Positions 13,663 to 24,998 of a stretch of DNA of 64,000 nucleotides are shown piece after piece (position 1 is the stretch's first letter; the number at the start of each line of letters is the position of its first letter). This DNA comes from Octopus sinensis (Eukaryota), in assembly GCF_006345805.1 (NCBI RefSeq), contig NC_043025.1:5270001-5334000 (forward strand), given 5' to 3'. The notes below the pieces were generated by a model that saw only the letters and a program-made list of their open reading frames with translations, had not been told where the DNA came from and did not search any database. The position numbers and the translations under genes were made by a program.

Positions 13663-14089
13663 GGCGATCTTTCGTCTCTAGTAGACCTTTCCGTCGATTT
13701 CCGTAAAAAAAAATATTTTTTTTACATATGGGCTTGCGGGAACTTTCGAAGTAATATACATACATATACACATACACCGAGTAAAAAATTTCAGTTATCT
13801 CTTTCTTTCACACATTACTCTGTCTCTTCATAACACACTAACAGAAGCACTTCACTTACACAACATACTGTCTGTCTCCCACACCCCATCAAACACACAC
13901 ACACACACACATGTACATCAATGCTTCACATGCACGGTAACTTCAAAAGAACTTCCCTCGTCATACAATCGCTTTTTCTTAGTCTCTTTCGCTCTCATTA
14001 CTTCAAAAGTTCCCACAAGCCCATATGTAGAAAAAAAAAATTTTTTTACGGAAATCGACGGAAAGGTCTACTAGAGACGAAAGATTGCC
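13663..14089. mobile_element. MITE with ~93-bp TIRs and a perfect 8-bp TSD (ATTTACGG)
   Basis: 13663-13755 is the reverse complement of 13998-14089. TSD at 13655-13662 and 14090-14097. Termini are GG...CC (MULE/Merlin-like; superfamily is inference). Confidence 0.9.
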
Positions 14090-14134
14090 ATTTACGGTCC
14101 ATTGCTATCCTAGTTCAAATTCTGCTGAAATCAA

Positions 14135-15350
14135 CTTAGCCTTCCATCAGCCCGCGGTCTGATAAAATAAAATACCAGTGAAATACAGGGGTAGTATCTA
14201 ATATTCCTACAAAACATCTAAAATGTGAATGGAAATATAATAGAAGACAAAGACTGGCTTATCGGTTCCTATATATACCAGTGAAATACTCGGGTTCATT
14301 TATATGTTTTAGATGTGAGCTGGCAGAATCGTTAGCACGCCGGGCGAAATGCGTAGCCGTATTTCGTCTGCCGCTACGTTGTGAGTTCAAATTCCGCCGA
14401 GGTCGACTTTACCTTTCATCCTTTCGGGGTCCATTAAATAAGTACCAGTTACGCACTGGGGTCGATATAATCGACTTAATCCGTTTGTCTGTCCTTGTTT
14501 GTCCCCTTGTGGGTAGTAAAGAAATGTATATGTTTTAGATGTGAATGGAATTATAGGTGACAACTAAGAATAACTTAACGGACTAACTTTTATCTTTCGT
14601 GTTGCTGGTATTGATAAAATAAAGTAGAAATGATATACTGAGGTAAATTTAATATTCCTTTAAAACATCCTAGATATAAATGGAATTACAATGGAAAACT
14701 AACGCTAACTTAGTCTTCTGTTAATTGATAAACTTGGGTAGCAGTGAAACTGGGTTTGATTTGATGGTTCTATATACATCTTAGGAAATGTCAATGGAAT
14801 TATAACCGAAGACTAACACTAACTTTGCTTTCCATCCTTCTGCAGCTGATAAGATACAGCACCAGAGAAATACTAGGTTAGATTTAATATTTCTATAAAG
14901 CAATGTAGACGTAAATAGAATTTATAATCGGAGTCAAACTCTCTCTACCTTCCGCCTTTCTGGTTTATGAAGTACCAGTGAAATACAGCGATCGAGCGAT
15001 AATTATAATTACAATACTACTACAAAACATTCTAAATGTAAGTGGAAATATGACAAGAAACTTAGGACTAATTTCACATCTCGTCCTCCTAGAGTTGATA
15101 GTATAAAGTACCAGTAAAATTCTGGAAATGATTTCGTATTCCCATACATATATCTATATATGACGAACTACTTGTGGGTTGGTGTAACATTCCCTTAGAC
15201 TCTTAAACATGAATGGAATTAGAACAGAAGACGAAGAATACAGAGAGAGAATCTCCCCTCATTGGTTCGTATATAAATAAGTGCTAAGGTAGATTTAATA
15301 TTCCTATAAAACATCCTCGGTGTGAATGGAATTATAATAGAAGACTACAT
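14135..15350 (+). repeat. Old degenerate tandem array (~110-130-bp unit) containing a SINE-B-like core
   Basis: The motifs 'gataaaataa..taccagtgaaatac' and 'aatattccta.aaaacatc.tagatgt.aatggaattata' recur about 8-9 times. Confidence 0.65.
14317..14525 (+). mobile_element. SINE family B inserted in the old tandem array
   Basis: Young, CpG-intact copy. Confidence 0.9.
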
Positions 15351-15459
15351 CCTCTCTCCTCCTGTCTCTCAGAACTTGTGGCCTTGTGATTATATTAGAA
15401 ACCATTATTGTTATTCTAAGATGCTAAGGGCGGGGGGTAGTCTCTCTCTCTCTCTCTGT

Positions 15460-15516
<57 letters not shown>

Positions 15517-17165
15517 CATATATATATATATATATATACACCCAAATATATATACACACACATTATAATATATATATACACAACACATATATATATACTA
15601 CACACACGTATATATATATACAACACACATATTTTTATTTATATTTTATCTAGTTTCAGCTCACGGGCTGTTGCCATGCTGGGGCCCGCCATATATATAC
15701 ATACACACCACAATATACATACACACACACACAATATATATATATATATATTACACACACTATATATATACATACACACACGTATATATATTACACACAC
15801 ATATTTTTATTTATATTTTATCTAGTTTCAGCTCACGGGCTGTTGCCATGCTGGGGCACCGCCATATATATACATACACACACACATATACATACACACA
15901 CACACATATATATATATACATACACACACATATATATATATATATATATACATATATATATACATACACACACACACATATATACATACACACACACACA
16001 CAATAATATATATATATATATATATATGGAGCGAAAATCAATGTCTCTCTGTATTGTGTATACACACACACACGTGGATGGGTGGGTGTCTCTTTCAGTC
16101 GCGAAATTCTAATATTGTTTTCTCAGAGACCCCCCTCCCCCCCTCCTCTTCCCTCTTCGGAGGAGCGCGAAACACTGAACATTTCTTGAAACTGGCTGAA
16201 CGCCACCACATCACGTCAGCACGTCCACCGAGAAAGCAGCCACGTAGATTACTCTCTCTCCTTCCGTTTTCTTTTTCTTGGCACATTCTCAAACAAAACA
16301 GAAAAACCAGGAAATTTACCGAAAATAAGTTTTTCTCTTCGACACAACATATTGATTTCCACACACACACACACATACGAAGAGATTGGTGGTGGGACAG
16401 AGAGACGAAGGTGCAGCAGAGACGTTCATGCCGTTACCCTCCTCAGCTAAATCACCCTCGCACCACCCCCACCCCTCCCTAGCAATTCCTATGGTCTCAA
16501 AAACCCCGACCCCTCCCCCCTTTTTTTCCCTCGCGGTTTACTTCGCTGACATTTTCTTACGGAGTGTAAAAACAGGACAAAAAAGTTGTGTAATTCTGCC
16601 AATTACCGTTGCTGACGGTGGTGGTGGTGGTGGAGACGGCGGCGGTAGTGGTGGTAGGTCACACACACACACACATGTTGAAGGTGGTGGTGGTATTGAT
16701 GGTAACGAGGGCGCGGAGATGATAGAATAGAAGGGGAAGGATGAGGAGACAATATTTGGGATTAGGCGATTCAAAGAGACAAACACACCCACGTGTGTCT
16801 GCGAGCGCGCGCGTATATATATATGTATATATATATATATACATATACACACAGGGAGAGGGAGACAGACACAGAGATGTAGATATATGCGTATACAGAT
16901 ACGCGCGCGCAAATGAGTGTGTATATTCGATAGATGGATACACATACGCACGCATTAAGACAGATAAGACAGAGTTTTGATGATACGGAGAAAAAAAGAT
17001 TAAATAGAATGGGGAGGGAGGGAGAGAGAATAGAAGAGCGAGGGGCAGAGATATGGATAAGAAAGAGGGAAACGAGAAGGGGATGATGAATCAGAGAGAG
17101 GAAGGCAAAAACGAGAGGAAGAGAGTGAAAGACTACGAGTTGGACGAGGGGGGAAGCAGTGGGAG

Positions 17166-17560
17166 AAGAGACAAGAGAGGGAGGTGGAAAAAGAAAGGGG
17201 GAGAGAAGAGACAAGAGAGTAAGATGGAAAAAGGAAGGGGGAGAAAAGACAAGAGAGTAAGATGGAAAAGGAAGGGGGAGAAGAGACAAGAGAGTAAGAT
17301 GGAAAAAGGAAGGGGGGAGAAGAGACAAGAGAGTAAGATGGAAAAAGGAAGGGGGGAGAAGAGACAAGAGAGTAAGATGGAAAAAGGAAGGGGGGAGAAG
17401 AGACAAGAGAGTAAAATAGAAAAAGGAAGGGGGAGAGAAGAGACAAGAGAGTAAGATGGAAAAACGAAGGGGGGAGAAGAGACAAGAGAGTAAGATAGAA
17501 AGAGGAAGGGGGGAGAAGAGACAAGAGAGTAAGATGGAAAAGGGAAAGGGGGAGAAGGAA
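17166..17560. repeat. 39-bp purine-rich minisatellite (about 10 copies, AGAAGAGACAAGAGAGTAAGATGGAAAAAGGAAGGGGGG)
   Basis: Direct tandem units; they explain the KRQESKMEKGRGE repeat in the spurious ORF. Confidence 0.9.
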
Positions 17561-17903
17561 GAGAGGGTGACAACAGGAGACAAAGTGATGCGGTAGACGG
17601 GGGGGAGAGGGGAGGTGGGAAGAGTAAAAGATGAGACAAAAAGCTTTAGATCTCTCAATATACGAGAAGTGAAGGGGAGGTAATAGTGTGTGCGCGCGTG
17701 TGTGTGTGTGTGTGTTTGTGTAGATGTATGTATGTGTACGGGATGGGTGTGTGTGTGTGATGGAATTTCGCCTCTCTTACGCTTCCTCTCTCGCACCTTT
17801 TTCCAGTCCAACACGTGTTGAGGAAGCGGAATTCGACAAAAACTTTTGATTCATACGAAGTTCGTGGATATGTGTGTGTATAATATATATATATATATAT
17901 ATT

Positions 17904-18490
17904 ACTCTTTACTCTACTCTCTCTCTTTACTCTTTTACTTGTTTCAGTCATTTGACTGCGGCCATGCTGGAGCACCGCCTTTTTTAGTCGAGCAAATCGA
18001 CCCCCGGGACTCATTCTTTTGTAAGCCCAGTACTTATTCTATCGGTCGCTTTTGCCGAACCGCTAGGTGACGGCGACGTAAACACACCAGCATCGGTTGT
18101 CAAGCAATGTTGGGGGGGGACAAACACAGACACACACAAACATATACACACACATATATATATATACATATATACGACGGGCTTCTTTCAGTTTCCGTCT
18201 ACCAAATCCACTCACAAGGCTTTCGTCGGCCCGAGGCTATAGTAGAAGACACTTGCCCAAGGTGCCACGCAGTGGGACTGAACCCGGAACCATGTGGTTG
18301 GCAAGCAAGCTACTTACCACACAGCCACTCCTATATATATACGACGGGCTTCTTTCAGTTTCCGTCTACCAAATCCACTCACAAGGCTTTGGCCGGCCCG
18401 AGGCTATAGCAGAAGGCACTTGCCCAAGTTGCCACGCAGTGGGACTGAACCCGGAACCATGTGGTTGGTTAGCAAGCTACTTACCACACG
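17904..18490 (-). mobile_element. SINE family A with duplicated head
   Basis: The head segment is present twice in tandem. Confidence 0.9.
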
Positions 18491-18924
18491 TGTCTTTTTT
18501 TTTAACTTTTACTTGTTTCAGTCACCAGACTGCGGCCATACCGGAGCAGTGCCTCAAAGAATTTTTAGTCCAACGATATCATCTGCCGAACCGCTAGGTT
18601 ATTGGGGGGTGGCGTAAACACACCAGTTGTCAAGCACTGGTGGGGGGGGGATACACACACAAATAAACATTGTATATATATATATATTATAGTGGGGTAG
18701 ACTGGTTTATGGGGTTGCCCTGGGTCTTTCGCTCAAAAGGGGTTTTAGCCTTACAGTGTATCTTAAGACCTCAAACACTGCTAGCCTGAGACCTACCAAG
18801 GCAACAGTTTTGAGCTATATATATATATACATACATAGTTATATTTTTGATAGTTATATTTTTTTTTAATCAAATAAATATATAATTAAAAAAATAAAAA
18901 AAAATTTTAAATAATATATATATA

Positions 18925-19265
18925 GGCGCAGGAGTGGTGGTGTGGTAAATAGCTTGCTAACCAACCACACGGTTGCGGGTTCAGTCCCACTGCGTGGCAT
19001 CTTGGGCAAGTGTCTTCTGCTATAGCCCCGGGCCGACCAATGCCTTGTGAGTGGATTTGGTAGACGGAAACCGAAAGAAGCCTGTCGTATATATGTGTGT
19101 GTGTCTGTGTTTGTCCCCCTAGCATTGCTTGACAACCGATGCTGGTGTGTTTAGGTCCCCGTCACCTAGCGGTTCGGCAAAAAGAGACCGATAGAATAAG
19201 TACTAAAGGTAGTGCTCCAGCATGGCCGCAGTCAAATGACTGAAACAAGTAAAAGAGTAAAAGAG
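18925..19265 (+). mobile_element. SINE family A
   Basis: Tail-to-tail with 19479-19858. Confidence 0.9.
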
Positions 19266-19478
19266 TATATATAAATTTATAAGTATAAATTAATAATTTT
19301 TTTTTTTAATTTTAACTTTAAATTTAAATAATTTAAATTTTGAATTTTATATTTTATATATTTTGTATATTATATTAATTAATTTATTTCTATGTTTTGG
19401 TTCATGTTTTTACTGTTTGATTTGCTTAATAGTGGTTTTATCTCTAATTTAATATATATATACATACATATATATATA

Positions 19479-19858
19479 CTCTTTTACTCTTTTACTTGTT
19501 TCAGTCATTTGACTGCGGCCATGCTGGAGCACCGCCTTTAGTCGAGCAAATCGACCCCGGGACTTATTCTTTGTAAGCCCAGTACTTATTCTATCGGTCG
19601 CTTTTGCCGAACCGCTAAGTGACTGGGACGTAAACACACCAGCATCGGTTGTCAAGCAATGCTAGGGAGACAAACACAGACACACAAACATATATATATA
19701 TACATATATACGACAGGCTTCTTTCAGTTTCCGTCTACCAAATCCACTCATAAGGCATTGGTCGGCCCGAGGCTATAGTAGAAGACACTTGCCCGAGGTG
19801 CCACGCAGTGGGACTGAACCCGGAACCATGTGGTTGGTTAGCAAGCTACTTACCACAC
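19479..19858 (-). mobile_element. SINE family A
   Basis: Near full-length copy. Confidence 0.9.
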
Positions 19859-20359
19859 AAGCCAAAGCATGAACAAGCAAGAAAAAACAACCGAGTACAT
19901 GGAATAAGTACAGTGTTATTGGAAAGGAAAGGAAAGGGTGAACAAGGTCTAAAAATATTGCTTGCCAGGAGACAAAAGGGGTCCACCCGTAACTACACTG
20001 CTATCATTAAATTATTTTTCTTTTGTTAAAAGTATTCTTTTCAATTGTCTACAAACACAGCCAGGCTGAAATAATTAATGCCATCTTCCAGGAGTAAATA
20101 AAAAAAATTCTCAAACGTGAGGAGATGGGTCCCTTAGATACTAACATGCCCCCCCCCCTATATGGGTTCTAATGGCGCAGAGGCCCATTTGACGTCGGGC
20201 AAGCTGGCTACTTTTAATTTCCGTCTACCAAATTCACTCAAAGACTTTGAGGGCCAGAGGATATTAGTAGAAGGCACTTGACCATAGTCCCACGCAGATG
20301 GACGGAATCCGGAAATATGTGGTTAAGATGGAAGCTTCTTAACACATAGCCACTCCTGC

Positions 20360-20422
<63 letters not shown>

Positions 20423-20967
20423 TGTGAGTGTGTGTGTGTGTGTATATATATGTGTGTGTGTGTGTAAAAGTAAAAAAATATACAAACTGGGACAAGAACG
20501 TGAAACATTTAGAAGACGACACAAAAAACACGGACGGGACATCCGAAGCCCTCAATCATCAGTCAAGAACCGGATCATCTTCGCAATTTCGGCTGATTAA
20601 TCTTGAGATTGCTCCGATCTGGGCAGCCCCCAAGGGAAATCTAAGCCAAGCGCATTAGATTCCTTGGAAGAAAGCCTCGAATGTATACAACACAGGGACG
20701 GAAAACGGACGATGTTACACGAATATGTGTGTGCGGCCATGCTGGGATACGCCTCAAAGGATTTTCGTTGAACAAATATTCCCATGAACTTTTTCCTTTC
20801 ATAGCAAGTTTGATACTTACTTTATCGGTATCTCTGCCAAACTGTCTGTCGTGTTTACGGAGGAGAGCGTAAACCTGCGGTCAAGAACACACAAACACAC
20901 ACAATGTATGTGTGTGTTTGCACACACATACATGCTTCAAGACGGAGGGACGGTTCGATAAACGTGG

Positions 20968-20990
20968 TGTGACGCAAGATGGCGGATGCG
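20968..20990 (+). promoter_or_regulatory. YY1-type CAAGATGGCGG overlapping a CRE-like TGACGCA, in CpG-rich unique DNA
   Basis: Motif match only. Confidence 0.35.
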
Positions 20991-21360
20991 CTACGAATCT
21001 TGCTCAGCAGACCGCTCGAAATCGCGGTATCGACGTTCCCACCTCACGACATTCGACAGGCAGCCGGAGAGGGAGAGGGAAGGAGTGAGGGAGTGAGGGG
21101 GAGAAACGAAACTCATCGACAGCTAAAAAAAAAAACAGTAAAAATAAATACGACGGAAACCTACAGAAGACATGCGCTGTGTACCCCAAAGAATGCTGTG
21201 ACGGAACGTATGTGCTACAAGTGGTCTTCCAAGATATCGATCGAGAAATTTTTCGGTTCAAGAAGCACCTCGGCCGTCTATGATTAACAGTGACAAAATG
21301 ACAGGGTTAGTCGACACCAACCCTGGACTAGGGTGATCGCAGACATTTTCCAGATATTAA

Positions 21361-21776
21361 GGCGGCGAGCTGGCAGAAACGTTAGCGCGCCGGGCGAGAT
21401 GCTTAGCGGTATTTCGTCTGCCGTTACGTTGTGAGTTCAAATTCCGCCGTGGTCGACTTTGCCTTTCATCCTTTCGGTGTCGATAAATTAAGTACCAGTT
21501 ACGCACTGGGGTCGATGTAATCGACTTAATCCCTTTGTCTGTCCTTGTTTGTCCCCTCTGTGTTTAGCCCCTTGTGGGTAATAAAGAAATAGGTATTTCG
21601 TCTGTTGTTACGTTCTGAGTTCAAATTCAGTCGAGGTCGACTTTGCCTTTCATCCTTTCGGGGTCGATAAATTAAGTACCAGTTACGCACTGGGGTCGAT
21701 GTAATCGACTTAATCCCTTTGTCTGTCCTTGTTTGTCCTCTCTATGTTTAGCTCCTTGTGGGTAATAAAGAAATAA
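21361..21776 (+). mobile_element. SINE family B dimer
   Basis: Junction AAAGAAATA-GGTATTTCGTCTG. Confidence 0.9.
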
Positions 21777-21929
21777 AATATTCCCCAGATATCCAAATCG
21801 AGTGTTGAAAACCCTCTGCATCTATTTGCTTATTTCAGCTGACTATGTTTCGAACCCAAATCGATTGAATGAGGCTAATTTCATCCAATCGATCTCCATC
21901 TGCGATTTGTTGCAGAAACGTGAAGAAAA

Positions 21930-22338
21930 GGCGCAGGAGTGGCTGTGTGGTAAGTAGCTTGCTTACCAACCACATGGTTCCGGGTTCAGTCCCACTGCGT
22001 GGCACCTTGGGCAAGTGTCTTCTGCTATAGCCCCGGGCCGACCAAAGCCTTGTGAGTGGATTTGGTAGACGGAAACTGAAAGAAGTCCGTCGTATATATA
22101 TATATAAGTGTGTGTATATGTTTGTGTCTCTGTGTTTGTCCCCCTAGCATTGCTTGACAACCGATGCTGGTGTGTTTATGTCCCCGTCACTTAGCGGTTC
22201 GGCAAAAGAGATCGATAGAATAAGTACTGGGCTTACAAAGAATAAGTCCCGGGGTCGATTTGCTCGACTAAAGGCGGTGCTCCAGCATGGCCACAGTCAA
22301 ATGACTGAAACAAGTAAAAAGAGTAAAAGAGTAAAGAG
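21930..22338 (+). mobile_element. SINE family A
   Basis: Full-length copy. Confidence 0.9.
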
Positions 22339-22623
22339 TAAAACGATCCCTTTATTTTTTTTCTGTCAAGGGAACGAAAACTGGATCGTTTGTAACAATA
22401 TTAACGCAAACGATAAGGGGCGATGTGCAGCGAACCAACACAAAGCAACCTCAACGAACAGGACCTCACCAGAAAAGGGCTATGCTTTCAATTTGGTCGT
22501 TTTGGAAGGGTGTCATCGTTTTAAAAGCTTCTTCCTACGGACAGAGCCATCAATTCAGCTGTGTAATGTTACCAGCTGGACAAATTAAACGCGGCGATTA
22601 ACCTGAGATAGCAAACTACTAGG

Positions 22624-22683
22624 CGAGATTCCCACTGTCCCTATCTACTGTCTAGCGAAAGCAGAGCCAAGGGAACGGGCTTG
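22624..22683 (+). rRNA. Isolated 28S (LSU) rRNA fragment, not a functional rRNA gene
   Basis: CGAGATTCCCACTGTCCCTATCTACTGTCTAGCGAAAGCAGAGCCAAGGGAACGGGCTTG differs at about 3 of 60 positions from the conserved eukaryotic 28S segment downstream of the R2 site (recalled sequence). Confidence 0.85.
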
Positions 22684-22698
22684 CAGTTCTCGGTATCG

Positions 22699-22960
22699 AG
22701 CACGAGTGCGCTGAGTTATGCGCCGGGGAGTAAGTCTGAGTAGTATACGACGTTATCGACGAAGACCACGAGTGTGTGTGTGTCCGTGTGTTATCGACGA
22801 GGCACGAAGCGGCGAGTGAATTTGGCGAGTTCTCGCTATCGAGCACGAGTGCGGCCGGTTTATTGCCGGGGAGTAAGTCTGAGTACGACGAAGACCACGA
22901 GTGTGTGTGTCCGTGTGTTATCGACGAGGCACGAAGCGGCGTGTGAATTTAGCGAGTTCC
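22699..22960. repeat. Two CpG-rich tandem units (~130 bp)
   Basis: gagcacgagtgcg...ccggggagtaagtctgagta...gacgaagaccacgagtgtgtg...ttatcgacgaggcacgaagcggc occurs twice. Confidence 0.85.
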
Positions 22961-22993
22961 CAGTACTTGCTAAATTGTAAAGGCATTGTCTGT

Positions 22994-23123
22994 CATTATG
23001 ACAATGCCAGACGACACACTTTTTTGCAAATGCAGCAGAAATTACTGGGAAGTTTTGCCGCACCCTCCATATTCACCTGAACGTATGCCTTTAGATTTCC
23101 ACCTATTTGGATCTCTTCAAAAT
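22994..23123 (+). pseudogene. Mariner transposase C-terminal remnant
   Basis: HYDNARRH then, after a frameshift, WEVLPHPPYSPERMPLDFHLFGSLQN; compare the mariner motifs HDNARPH and WEVLPHPPYSPDLAPSDYHLF. Confidence 0.85.
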
Positions 23124-23158
23124 TCAGGCCTTCAAAATCACCGGGGACGTAGCTGGAA

Positions 23159-23513
23159 TGGAAGCACTCCGTCGGTTACGACGACGAGGGTTCCAGTTGA
23201 TCCGATCAACGGAACAGCCTGTGTAAGCCGTGTAAGTGGCTGAGCACTCCACAGACACGTGTACCCTTAACGTAGTTCTCGGGGATATTCAGCGTGACAC
23301 AGAGAGTGACAAGGCCGGCCCTTTGAAATACAGATACAACAGAAACAGGAAGTAAGAGTGAGAGAAAGTTGTGGTCAAAGAGTACAGCAGGGTTCACCAC
23401 CATCCCTGCCGGTGTTTTCGCTCAATAAACACTCACAACGCCCGGTCTGGGAATCGAAACCGCGATCCTACGACCGCGAGTCCGCTGCCCTAACCACTGG
23501 GCCATTTGCGCCT
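23159..23513 (-). mobile_element. SINE family C (head GGAGGCGCAATGGCCCAGTGGTTAGGGCAGCGGACTC...GGTTTCGATTCCC), tail type 1
   Basis: tRNA-like A and B boxes; other copies in the window. Confidence 0.85.
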
Positions 23514-23517
23514 ATAT

Positions 23518-23577
<60 letters not shown>

Positions 23578-23811
23578 ATATATATATTATATATATAAAT
23601 ACCTGTGTCGCTTATTATGTTTTCGCCACCGACCTAACATTACATTTTGATAAGGTCACCAGAGAAAACTACCTTGTCGATAATGGCGCCAAATTGTGAG
23701 GATTTGGGGCCAATAACTGATGAGAAAGAAGCATGACAATGTCTTCAGTGTGTTTTCCGTGTAATCCTTTGCTGTCTTTCCGTGCAATTTCTTACATTCA
23801 CTCATTTGTTC

Positions 23812-23814
<3 letters not shown>

Positions 23815-23890
<76 letters not shown>
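23815..23890. repeat. Pure (GT)38 microsatellite
   Basis: Seen directly. Confidence 0.95.
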
Positions 23891-23893
<3 letters not shown>

Positions 23894-23945
23894 GATCGTT
23901 AGCCCCTACACACTATTTTTTTCTCTCCTTGTTCTTTTCTGTGTA

Positions 23946-23983
23946 TCTTTCTGTCGAAGAGCGTAGGCTCGAAACGTAAAAGA
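23946..23983 (+). ncRNA. Variant minimal hammerhead-like motif (core CTGTCGA)
   Basis: TCTTT-CTGTCGA-A-GAGC-GTAG-GCTC-GAAA-CG-TA/AAAGA. A homologue lies at 39749-39786 (-). Confidence 0.4.
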
Positions 23984-24601
23984 CTTGTTCTATTTCTATT
24001 CCTGAGCGTCCACCTGCCTTCGTCTTTTGTTTATTTTCGTAAACCTTCCCGTTATATATATATATTATATATAACGTTTGGCGTTCAGTCGAGTGTACTG
24101 GCATAGATGTGGCAACATTTGAAATATTGTCGAGGTATATGTGGCTGATGAGGATAAGTCAAATATATGTTGGCAGACATATTTTGAAGAATCTGAAACC
24201 GGTACAACATTATCCATTTCTAGGTAATTCATTTTTCAGATGTTCTTCCTAGAGGTAAGACAATTGTTTGCATGTTTGTCGCACACACGCATCTTTACTA
24301 GTACATACGCAGTGAAGCGTCGTATTTATTACGTTCGCTATTTTCCAGTAAATATCGGTACTTCGTTGTGCCATTTATTACTTTTATGTATATATATATT
24401 ATATTATATATATATATATAAATATAATTATAATAAAGGGTTTTTTCGGAATGTGGTTTAAGCAACTTGTTGCAAAAAACCCTTTATTATAATTATAATT
24501 TTTACGGAATATGGTCCTTTCCATACCGAAATACTACTAGGTGAAATTTATTGATTTTATTAAATTAATTATATTTCACCCTTCATCTGTATATGTATAT
24601 A

Positions 24602-24998
24602 TACTAGCAGTATCGCCCGGCGTTGCTCGGTTTGTAAGGGAAATAACTATATAAGCATTTTTAGAGATGTAAAGTATAATAACCATCTCAATATGGCTAA
24701 CCACAAAGGGGGGGGTGTTACTGTAGCTTTTTACATTCTGAGATTTAATAATAAATTTTTAGAGAGTTACTTCCCTTATATATGCCAAAAATGCATTAAA
24801 AATGGGAAAAATTTATGGTAATTTTTTTTTAATCGTAGACTCATCGTAGACGCGCGCTAATACCCAGAAGGGCTCAATATGAATCACGACTATAAGATAC
24901 CCGGTTTTGGTTAAACTGCACCGCAAAATGTGGGAGTAGTTAGGAATCTAAATCGTAGGAGACAGACACCACACAACCTTACTTTTATATATAAAGAT
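24602..24998. mobile_element. Helentron-associated (HINE/DINE-1-like) element
   Basis: Starts TACTAGCAG..CCCGGCGTTGCTCGG and ends gacagac...CTTTTATATATAAAGAT. Confidence 0.6.

Noticed and set aside
16771-17814. 347-aa ORF, the longest in the track
   Set aside because: It is made of the 39-bp VNTR and (CA)n, which are stop-poor by composition.
24143-24175. CTGATGAGGATAAGTCAAAT as a hammerhead
   Set aside because: It lacks G12 of GAAA and a helix I partner.
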